DNA from: a candidate division WS1 bacterium | Lineage (GTDB): Bacteria > Armatimonadota > Zipacnadia > Zipacnadales > UBA5352 | Direction: 5' to 3' | DNA length: 64,000 nt | NCBI GenBank assembly: GCA_003566775.1 | Contig: PXBW01000215.1 | Span: 3,529 to 67,528 of the forward strand | Shown here: positions 41,267-49,170 of the stretch, in pieces | Layout of the letters: each line of letters opens with the position of its first letter | Numbering within the stretch: position 1 is the first letter of the stretch | Made by a program: the position numbers and the translations under genes | Notes under the pieces: generated by a model | Seen by the model: the letters and a program-made list of their open reading frames with translations, nothing else | What the model was told of the DNA's origin: nothing | The model's database searches: none

Positions 41267-41340
41267 TGGCTGGGGCGGCAGGATTCGAACCTGCGATACG
41301 GGATCCAAAGTCCCGCGCCTTACCCCTTGGCGACGCCCCA
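41267..41340 (-). tRNA. tRNA-Gln (TTG)
   Basis: TGGGGCG acceptor stem, anticodon arm CGGGA-CTTTGGA-TCCCG, T arm GCAGG-TTCGAAT-CCTGC and encoded CCA; 74 nt. Confidence 0.95.
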
Positions 41341-41359
41341 GCTTACCCCGCTGCGGGCC

Positions 41360-42142
41360 TCAGACGCTCTTCCGCTCATCGAGGAAGCGGCGGGCCAACT
41401 TGAGATCCTCCGCATCGTCCACATCGAACCCGATCTCCGGCCACGAGACCGGTACTGCGGCGACCTTCGCTCCCACGATCTCGGAGCCTCTCCGCTCGAT
41501 GTCCTCGACCGTCAGCCATCCGAGTATCAGTCGGACCACGAAGCTCAGACCGAAGATGCGCGCCATCCGCACCGGGCTCTTGCGGCGACTGAATATCCGC
41601 GCAATCACCGGGCCCTGTTCAAGTACGAAGCGGCGGGTCACGACCGCGAGATTACCGCCGGTGAAACGGCCTTCCCGCAGACGCGCAACCGTCTTGTCGC
41701 GACCGGGGAAGGCTGTCTCGAACGCCTCAACATCTACTATGGGATATGATAACCCAGAATGCATTTTCTGGCAAGAGCGTACGAAGCCATCGACCGCCTC
41801 CGGCGTGAGCAGCGGCAGGTCGGTGGTTGCCACCAGAATCCGCTCCGCGTTCGGGAATGCTCCGATTCCCGCGGCCATGGAATCGATGAAGCCCGTTCCC
41901 GAGGCGGTCACGACCGGCAGGTCGGCAGCCGTCTCGCTCAGGAGCCGGTCAGGTCCCTGCACCGCGACCACGTCGCTGACAGTCTCCGCACGGGCCAGCG
42001 CCTCGGCGACCCGGTACAGCAACGGGCGTCCGGCGAATTCGACCAGCGCCCTGCAGGGTGCCCCGAAATCCTCGGCCATGCTGTCCCCGCCTCGCCCGCC
42101 AGCGAGGATGGCCGCCGGCATAGAGACGCTCGCATCACTCAC
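41360..42142 (-). CDS. MobA-like nucleotidyltransferase family protein
   Basis: AILAGG, DLPLL, GGNL and FDVD. Confidence 0.8.
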   Translation of the reverse strand: MSDASVSMPAAILAGGRGGDSMAEDFGAPCRALVEFAGRPLLYRVAEALARAETVSDVVAVQGPDRLLSETAADLPVVTASGTGFIDSMAAGIGAFPNAERILVATTDLPLLTPEAVDGFVRSCQKMHSGLSYPIVDVEAFETAFPGRDKTVARLREGRFTGGNLAVVTRRFVLEQGPVIARIFSRRKSPVRMARIFGLSFVVRLILGWLTVEDIERRGSEIVGAKVAAVPVSWPEIGFDVDDAEDLKLARRFLDERKSV

Positions 42143-42155
42143 AACTTCACCCCGT

Positions 42156-43037
42156 TCACTCGATGATTGCTGCGCCGCACGGCGCCGGTTCGGCAATACG
42201 CACCCAGAGTCCCTCATCAGATAGTTGTTTCGCCATCGACCGGGCCTCATCCTCGTCGTCGAAGAGACCGAAGACCGCCGATCCCGATCCGGTGATCTGC
42301 GCCGCAGAAGCACCTGCGCTCGAAAGCCTCGCGCTCAACTCGGCCAGCAGCGGCCATCGGTGTGTCAGTGCGCGCGAGAAGCCATTGTACACATGCGGGG
42401 CTATCTCGCGCAAGAGCGCCCCACGTTCGAGCGCTTCCGCCATCTTCCGTGTGCGCGAACCGTCGGTGAAATCATCCTCGGAAAGCATACTGTAGGCCCC
42501 GGCGGTCGAGATGGTGAGATCCGGTCGCGTCAACACGATGCGACAGGAAGGCATCTCCGGCAGCGAAGTGAGATCGTCCCCGCGCCCGACTCCGAGCGCC
42601 GCTCCGCTCATGAGAAAGAAGGGAACATCCGCGCCGAGGTCCTTCGCCAACTGACTAAGCTCCTCCCATCGTGGAGGCCGATCATCGATCTGGGCGAGGC
42701 CCATCAGCACCGCGGCGGCGTCGCTGCTGCCTCCGCCGAGGCCCGCGCCCGAGGGGACAGCTTTTCGCAGCGTCATCGACACTCCGGTGGGCCATCCGCG
42801 ATGCTCGCGGTATGTCTCGGCGGCCATCCAGCACAGATTCGAGCGATCCTCCGGCGCGCCACCTCCGGGCACGGCAAGTTCGATTACGCTCTCGTCCCGC
42901 GTCTCGACCGTCACCACGTCGGCAAGGGAGATGGCCTGGAAGATCGTCGCAAGCTCGTGATAACCATCTTCACGGCGGCCCAGCACCTCGAGACAGAGAT
43001 TGATCTTGCAGAATGCCCGCAGGCTCACCGACTTCAC
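42156..43037 (-). CDS. ispE: 4-diphosphocytidyl-2-C-methyl-D-erythritol kinase
   Basis: KINLCL...DGYHEL, GAGLGGGSSDAA, GADVPFF and TGSGSAVF. Confidence 0.95.
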   Translation of the reverse strand: MKSVSLRAFCKINLCLEVLGRREDGYHELATIFQAISLADVVTVETRDESVIELAVPGGGAPEDRSNLCWMAAETYREHRGWPTGVSMTLRKAVPSGAGLGGGSSDAAAVLMGLAQIDDRPPRWEELSQLAKDLGADVPFFLMSGAALGVGRGDDLTSLPEMPSCRIVLTRPDLTISTAGAYSMLSEDDFTDGSRTRKMAEALERGALLREIAPHVYNGFSRALTHRWPLLAELSARLSSAGASAAQITGSGSAVFGLFDDEDEARSMAKQLSDEGLWVRIAEPAPCGAAIIE

Positions 43038-43897
43038 GAGCGTACCTCCTCGATGGCCGCCGTGAGTTCGACGAACTCTTCCAGTGAGAGCGTCTCACCG
43101 CGTCTGCGTGTCTGTATGCCCGCCATGCGCAGCGCCCGGCGGGCTTCCGACTTCTCAAGTTCAAGATGCGGCGATCCGCTCAGCGCGTTGGGAAGTTGCT
43201 TGCGACGCTGGCCGAAAGCGCCCTTCACCAGCCTGAAGAACAACTCCCTTCGCCTCGGGTCCTCGATCGGCGGCCTGCGCGGCATCAGGCGTAGCACCGT
43301 TGAGTCAACCTTCGGCGGCGGTTCGAACGACCCGGGCGATAGCTCGGAGACAATCTCCGGCATCCCCGCGTAGAATCTGACCAGCAGCGTGAGCGCACTG
43401 TAGTCCCTGCCACCCGGTTCGGCGCACAGTCGTTCCGCGACCTCGCGCTGGATCATCAGCACAATCGCCGCGAACGGCGGCTCGTCTGTGAGTAGCTTAT
43501 CCAGCAGGGGTGAGGTGATCTGATACGGGATGTTGCCCACCGCCACCCAATCAGGCGCCTTCTCGCCGCTCGCGCGTCTGATCGCCGCAAGGTCGGCCTT
43601 CAGCACATCCTGATAGCGCACCTCGAGGTTACCGTGCTCGCGCTGGATACGCTCAAGCTCCGGGCGCATCGCCTCATCCATCTCTATCGCAACCACGGGC
43701 ACAGGAGCCTTCACCAGCCTGCGGGTCAGCACACCGAGGCCCGGTCCAATCTCCATGATGCCCGCCGGCCGCGGTTCGAGGGCCGCCTCCACGATCCTGT
43801 CCGCCGCATCCTCATTCACCAGGAAGTGCTGCCCCAGCCCCTTGCGGGGGCGAATGCCCAGTCTGCGAAGCTGCGCGCGAGCGCTCTCACGCTTCAT
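43034..43897 (-). CDS. rsmA: 16S rRNA adenine dimethyltransferase
   Basis: LGQHFL, EIGPGLG, GNIPYQI, PPPKVDS and QRRK. Confidence 0.95.
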   Translation of the reverse strand: MKRESARAQLRRLGIRPRKGLGQHFLVNEDAADRIVEAALEPRPAGIMEIGPGLGVLTRRLVKAPVPVVAIEMDEAMRPELERIQREHGNLEVRYQDVLKADLAAIRRASGEKAPDWVAVGNIPYQITSPLLDKLLTDEPPFAAIVLMIQREVAERLCAEPGGRDYSALTLLVRFYAGMPEIVSELSPGSFEPPPKVDSTVLRLMPRRPPIEDPRRRELFFRLVKGAFGQRRKQLPNALSGSPHLELEKSEARRALRMAGIQTRRRGETLSLEEFVELTAAIEEVRS

Positions 43898-44282
43898 CGG
43901 CAATCTCCGCGTCTGAGACACGGATGCTTCGCACCACGCACTCCGCCCCGCCGAGCACCTCAAGCTGATCTGCGCCGCACTCCGGGCAGGTCGGCACAAA
44001 CGGCATCAGATGGTAGATCGGATCATCCGGCACCTCGATCTCTCCCTCGTACTTACAGGACCGGCAGCGCGCGCGGAGAGGCATCTGCTCGATGACGATC
44101 GTGGCATCATCCGCCACCGTTCCCCGCAGTCCCTGTTTCAACCAGAACTCAAGCTGCTCAGCATCGATCATCGTCATCGCCCCAAGCGCTATCTCGATCC
44201 GCCGCACCAGCTCTGCTTCCTGCTCATTTGCGGTCTGGAGCACGGTGGCGGCGATCTGCTGAGCGGCCGCTACGTCATGCAT
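43887..44282 (-). CDS. hypA: Nickel metallochaperone HypA
   Basis: N-terminal MHD; two CxxC motifs (CRSC, CPEC). Confidence 0.88.
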   Translation of the reverse strand: MHDVAAAQQIAATVLQTANEQEAELVRRIEIALGAMTMIDAEQLEFWLKQGLRGTVADDATIVIEQMPLRARCRSCKYEGEIEVPDDPIYHLMPFVPTCPECGADQLEVLGGAECVVRSIRVSDAEIADEA

Positions 44283-44994
44283 CGCGGCCCTCGTTTTCGG
44301 TCGGACCGTCGCTACCGGAGTTCGCCCCGGAGAGGCCCAGGGCGGCGATCACCTCATCGATTCCCTCACCGGCGCGGGCGTTGGTGGCGACTACCTCGAT
44401 CTCCGGATGCACCGACCGCACATCCTCAGCCAGCTTAGCCACGTCAACCTCCATCGCGTCGGCGAGGTCGATCTTGTTGATGCCCGCCACGTCGGCCTGC
44501 CGCACCATGATCGGGTGCTTGACCGCCATGTAGGGGCCCTCTGTCACCGACAGCAGAACCACCCGTCTGTGTGAGCCGACCGGGAACGCCGCAGGGCAGA
44601 TGAGATTGCCGACGTTCTCGACGATCAGCAGATCAACGGCATCGAGGTCGAGCCGCTCAAGGCCCCTCCGGACCAGTTCACCGTCGAGATGGCAGGCTCC
44701 CCCGGTCTGAATCTGGATCACCGGCACACCCTCGCGCTCAATGCGGTCCGCGTCGATACGCGTGGTGATGTCCCCGGCGATCACAGCGATCGAGAGGCGA
44801 TCCCTGAGCCTGCGCACGATCTGGCCGATCAGCGTGGTCTTACCTGAACCGACCGAGCCCAGCACGTCCATGGCGGTGACACCGTGTTCATCGAGCAGCG
44901 ACAGATTCTCATCGGCAAGCTCGCTGGTGCGCCTGTGCAGGTCAACGTCGATGATGATGTCGCGACTGTTATCGGACAGGTTGCTGTCACTCAT
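44275..44994 (-). CDS. hypB: Nickel-insertion GTPase HypB
   Basis: GSGKTT, ACHLD, ENVGNLICP, SVTEG and NKID. Confidence 0.92.
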   Translation of the reverse strand: MSDSNLSDNSRDIIIDVDLHRRTSELADENLSLLDEHGVTAMDVLGSVGSGKTTLIGQIVRRLRDRLSIAVIAGDITTRIDADRIEREGVPVIQIQTGGACHLDGELVRRGLERLDLDAVDLLIVENVGNLICPAAFPVGSHRRVVLLSVTEGPYMAVKHPIMVRQADVAGINKIDLADAMEVDVAKLAEDVRSVHPEIEVVATNARAGEGIDEVIAALGLSGANSGSDGPTENEGRDA

Positions 44995-45175
44995 GGGGCG
45001 TCACTCTCACAGGGTTGCGACCTGTTCGTCTCCGGCCTTTGCAGGCTCATTCTATGTGTAGCGGGCCGGCAGGTCAACGGGAGGCGCGCGGATTTCCTCA
45101 CTCCCGACAAGGACCATAGTGAGCGGCGCGGAATATCCTATCGAAGAACCTGTCAGACGAGACGTGCGAGGAGTG

Positions 45176-46228
45176 ATGGATGTGAGGCGCTGTATAGTTG
45201 TCGGCTGTGGTGGACGCGGCGGGTACTGGACCAACCAGGTGCTCGCGGCGATGAGCGACGAGGTCGAGGTCGCCGGTTTGGTGGACATCGAGCAGGAGGC
45301 GCTGAGAAAGGGAGCGGAGACGCACGACCTGCCCGAGTCGGCACTGTTCAGCGACGCAGAAGAGGCGATGGACACGGTCGAGGCGGAGTTCACGTTAATC
45401 GCGACGCCGCCGTGGGTTCACGAGGAGAACGTGGCGTCCGCCTGTGAACACGGCCTCGCGGTTCTGATGGAGAAGCCGATCGCCGACACGCTGGACGCCT
45501 CGGTGCGCATTATGAAAATGGTCGAGCGGGCGGAATTGCCCTGCACGATCGTGCAGAACTATCGCTACTCGCCTTTCATGCTGGCCTTTCAAGGCGCAGT
45601 GGAGAATGAGGATGTCGGGCGGCTCAGCTACGTGACCGCGCGCTTTGCCGCCGATTACAACCCGCCGAAGTCGTGGGGCAGGCGCTTCCGCCACGAGATG
45701 GACCACGCGTTGCTGATCGAGGGCTCAGTGCATCACTTCGACATGATCCGAAATATCTCGGGGCGCGACTGCGAGGAGATCTTCGGCTACGGCTGGATTC
45801 CGGCATGGGCGGACTTTGAGGGCAACTCCAACGGTCTCTATGTGATGAAGCTCACCGACGGCGCCTTCGCAGCCTACGAAGGCTCATGCACCACTGAGGG
45901 TCATGAGAATCCCTGGCATCATGAGTACTACCGTGCGGAGTGTGAGGAGGGCGCCGTGGTTGTCGGGGCAGATTGCATCGTTAAGATTGTGCGCGTCGAT
46001 GGCAGGGACGAGATCGTCACTCAGCCGCCGGATGTGCCGGAGCCGGGTGAGGCGATCTTACAGGAGTTCCTGCAGTATCTCGCGACCGGCACCCCGTCAC
46101 CGACCGCTATCAGGGATAACATCAAGTCCGTGGGGATGGTCTTCGCGGCGATCGAGTGCGACCGCACCGGCCGCCCGGTGAACGTGGAAGAGTTGCTCGC
46201 CGAGGCGGAAGAGCGGGTGAGTGTGTGA
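45176..46228 (+). CDS. Gfo/Idh/MocA family oxidoreductase
   Basis: VVGCGGRG, EKP, QNYRY and HHFD. Confidence 0.9.
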   Translation: MDVRRCIVVGCGGRGGYWTNQVLAAMSDEVEVAGLVDIEQEALRKGAETHDLPESALFSDAEEAMDTVEAEFTLIATPPWVHEENVASACEHGLAVLMEKPIADTLDASVRIMKMVERAELPCTIVQNYRYSPFMLAFQGAVENEDVGRLSYVTARFAADYNPPKSWGRRFRHEMDHALLIEGSVHHFDMIRNISGRDCEEIFGYGWIPAWADFEGNSNGLYVMKLTDGAFAAYEGSCTTEGHENPWHHEYYRAECEEGAVVVGADCIVKIVRVDGRDEIVTQPPDVPEPGEAILQEFLQYLATGTPSPTAIRDNIKSVGMVFAAIECDRTGRPVNVEELLAEAEERVSV

Positions 46229-46345
46229 GGGGCGGTCGTTCAATTTTTGCCGTCTGCCGTGTTCCGTTCCGGAGATCGGGCGCGCCCACGTTCGAAATGT
46301 GCACGTACAGGAGTGTCCGTGCCACGGAATTAAGAGAGGCCTTCG

Positions 46346-46462
46346 TGCCCTCCCGGCCGTTCGCCGTTCCCCTCTCCTGCCCTCGCGCCCGACCCGCCGC
46401 AGGCGGCGTCGGCGCGAAAAGGGGAGGGGTGGCCCTCGCGACGCGAGGGCCAGGGAGGGGCA
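46346..46462. repeat. Multi-stem palindromic (REP-like) element between convergent genes
   Basis: Perfect tggccctcgcg-a-cgcgagggcca at 46430-46452, plus a long imperfect stem at about 46369-46429. Confidence 0.6.
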
Positions 46463-46473
46463 GTCGTCAGCCG

Positions 46474-47328
46474 CTACCGCGTCCTTTTCGCCGCCTCGAC
46501 AGTGTTCTTCAGCAGCATCGTCACCGTCAGCGGGCCGACGCCGCCGGGGACGGGTGTGATCGCGCCCGCAACCTCCACCGCCTCGTCGAAGGCCACGTCG
46601 CCCACGTAGCGCCCACGCGCCCCGTCATCGCCGGGAACGTAGTTCATTCCCACGTCGATCACCACCGCGCCGGGCATGATCTGCTCGCCGCGGATCATCT
46701 CCGCGCGCCCGATCGCGACCACGAGTATCTCCGCGCGCTTCGTGTGAAAGGCCAGGTCGCGCGTGGTCGAGCGGCAGACCGTCACCGTCGCGCCGCGGTC
46801 CATCAGCATCAGCGCCGCGGGCTTGCCCACGATCACCGAGCGCCCGATCACCACTACCTCCGCCCCGCGAAGCTCCACGCCCGTCTCCTCGATCAGCCGC
46901 ACCGCCGACTGCGCGGTGCATGGGGCGAGCGCGTCGCGATCCGCCGCCACCAGCCCGAGGTTCATCGGATGCACGCCATCGACGTCCTTCTCCGGCTCGA
47001 TCGCGCCCTGTGCGGCGGGCTCATCGAGGCCTCCCGGCAGCGGGCTCTGCAGGATGATCCCGTCGATCACGGGATCGATGCTCAGCCTGCGGATCTCCTG
47101 CTGCAGCGTCTCGTCGGTGAGGTCGCGGGACAGTTCGCGTAACTCGTACTCGATGCCGACTTCGGCGCACGCCTTCGCCTGCATCTTCGCGTATGCGCGC
47201 GCACCCGCGTCATCGCCCGCCATCAGCGCGACTAGCACCGGCGCGCGGTCCATCGCATCTACCTGCGCCTCCAGTTCCGCGCGCATCTTTTCAACTATCG
47301 GCTTTGCTTCAAGTATCTCTGCAGTCAT
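46474..47328 (-). CDS. folD: Methylenetetrahydrofolate dehydrogenase (FolD family, probably monofunctional)
   Basis: KDVDG, PCT, GRSVIVGKP, IDVG and TPVPGGVGP; YxxxK is replaced by YAKMQ. Confidence 0.93.
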   Translation of the reverse strand: MTAEILEAKPIVEKMRAELEAQVDAMDRAPVLVALMAGDDAGARAYAKMQAKACAEVGIEYELRELSRDLTDETLQQEIRRLSIDPVIDGIILQSPLPGGLDEPAAQGAIEPEKDVDGVHPMNLGLVAADRDALAPCTAQSAVRLIEETGVELRGAEVVVIGRSVIVGKPAALMLMDRGATVTVCRSTTRDLAFHTKRAEILVVAIGRAEMIRGEQIMPGAVVIDVGMNYVPGDDGARGRYVGDVAFDEAVEVAGAITPVPGGVGPLTVTMLLKNTVEAAKRTR

Positions 47329-47458
47329 GCTATCCTCCGGTCAATTGTCAATGAGTCGCGAACGACCTGCGGCGTCCCCCTCAGGCAATCGTCGTCACTG
47401 CACGCATAATCTCAGGACGGCAGAATGCACCTCACCCGGTGATCTTCGCGGTTGGCTG

Positions 47459-48316
47459 CTACTCTGCCTTCCACCGCACCCACGCGATGCGGGCGGGCGC
47501 CTCCCATTCGATCCGATAGCCGAATTCCTCCACCACGAAGCGCAACGGTACCCACAGTTCCTCCTCGATCAACTGCGGCGCGACCTCCATCTCGGTCTCC
47601 GCGCCATCCACCACCGCGGTCCGCGATCCGGCGCTGAGGGTCATCGCCGCACCGCCCTCGCGCGCAAGGGTGACCGTCTCGTGGTCCTCGCTCGCCTCGC
47701 ACTCGAGCGGCAGCGCTTCCGCGAGTCTCGCGGCGGGCACAAGCAGGCGCTGAGCGTCATCCACGGGGCGGGACGGGATGAAGCCGTGATTCGGGTGTGC
47801 AACCATCGGCGGGGCTACCAGCTCACCGCGTGCGCCAAGTTCGCGACGGGCTGTTAGGGTGTTGGTATACACCCGAGGAGCGGAAGTGGACCGTCTCCAG
47901 CTCAGATACTCCTCCCACCATTTGATGGCGGCATTCGAATCACCGGCTGTTCGATACGCATAGCCGAGTTCAGGCTGGGGGGCAAGGTAATGGAAACCCG
48001 CTTCCGGTAGGCTGCAGAAGAGGCGCGGATCGTAGTCAACCACACGCTTCAACATTGCGATCCCTGCATCGTGCTGTCCGTTCCAATTGAGCAATACGCC
48101 GAGGACCAATTGAATGCGCGCGCGTTCAGTCATATCGTCGATCTGCTCAATGGCCAACTGCAGGTTCTCAATGGCGTCCGCGTACCGTCTTTCGCGGGCC
48201 GCGAGTAACCCGGTATCCAGGGGCGATCCCTGAGCCAAGACCATGCTGACTTCAGCACACGCAAGCAGGACCAGGCTGCCAATGGCGATGCCAACGACCG
48301 TCCTTCGGCGCCTCAT
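47459..48316 (-). CDS. Secreted TPR-like + copper-amine-oxidase N-terminal (stalk) domain protein
   Basis: Signal-like N-terminus, TPR-like helices and PQLIEEELWVPLRFVVEEFGYRIEW. Confidence 0.75.
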   Translation of the reverse strand: MRRRRTVVGIAIGSLVLLACAEVSMVLAQGSPLDTGLLAARERRYADAIENLQLAIEQIDDMTERARIQLVLGVLLNWNGQHDAGIAMLKRVVDYDPRLFCSLPEAGFHYLAPQPELGYAYRTAGDSNAAIKWWEEYLSWRRSTSAPRVYTNTLTARRELGARGELVAPPMVAHPNHGFIPSRPVDDAQRLLVPAARLAEALPLECEASEDHETVTLAREGGAAMTLSAGSRTAVVDGAETEMEVAPQLIEEELWVPLRFVVEEFGYRIEWEAPARIAWVRWKAE

Positions 48317-48457
48317 CGAACCACCTCTCTCCTTGTCTCATGAGTGGCCCGCGTCACTTCATCCCCCCCAATCATACCCTCAGTTCACAGATGTAGTCGC
48401 CGTGCCGCATCAGCCGACCACCACCTGGCGCGATGCCTCACGACGGCAGAAGCCTCC

Positions 48458-49096
48458 TCAGCCGGTGATCTTCGCGCAGACCGTCCACCACGCGTCGTCA
48501 CTCGCGCGCTGGCAGTCGCGCAGCATCGACTGCAGCCGCGCGCGCTTCGCCGTCACGAAGGCCTCGTCATCGATCAGCGCGAGGTTCACCTCGACGTTGA
48601 GCCAGCCGCACTCACACGCCGCCTGGCACAGCTTCGCCGCCACGCCGACGTCGCTGACGAGATTCTGATTGCCCTTCTGTGCGAGCGGCTTGAGGTGGCC
48701 GGAAAGCTCCGCGCAGGCCGCCACGAGCTTCAGCGGAACCTCCGCAGCCTGCCTCAGCGCGGCCTGGATCGCCTCGGATCGCGCCTGTTTCTGCTCATCG
48801 CTCTTGCGCGGCATACCGTAGGCATCGCCGACCGCCCCGAAGGCCACCACGTCCTCCTGTACAAGCGCGAGCATCTCTTCGCTCAGCCGGTCGATGGCCT
48901 CAAGGTGCGCGCGGATCGCGTCCTCGACATCCGCGTACTTCTTCTTTCCGATGGTGAAGCTCCCGACCATGCGCGCGGAGGCCGCCGCCAGCGCCCCTGC
49001 AACCGCCGCCGCGGAGCCTCCTCCGGGCGCGGGCGCATCGCCTGCAAGCGCGGCCATGTATTCGTCAATCGTAAGATCGGGCATCTCTTGGGACAT
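48458..49096 (-). CDS. fchA: Methenyltetrahydrofolate cyclohydrolase / FTCD C-terminal domain protein
   Basis: PAPGGGSAAA, D..AF, VPL, GNQNLVSD and NVEVNL. Confidence 0.88.
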   Translation of the reverse strand: MSQEMPDLTIDEYMAALAGDAPAPGGGSAAAVAGALAAASARMVGSFTIGKKKYADVEDAIRAHLEAIDRLSEEMLALVQEDVVAFGAVGDAYGMPRKSDEQKQARSEAIQAALRQAAEVPLKLVAACAELSGHLKPLAQKGNQNLVSDVGVAAKLCQAACECGWLNVEVNLALIDDEAFVTAKRARLQSMLRDCQRASDDAWWTVCAKITG

Positions 49097-49170
49097 GATG
49101 ATCCTCCCGAATTCGTCTAAGCCGGGCTTCCCCGGAGTTCGCACTGTGAGCTTGACCAGTACCCCTGTGC

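Noticed and set aside
41267-41340. tRNA-Gln as an integration site
   Set aside because: No integrase and no duplicated tRNA 3' end were seen in the window.
46156-47857. 328-aa and 364-aa plus-strand ORFs
   Set aside because: They overlap folD and the palindromic element and translate to low-complexity sequence.
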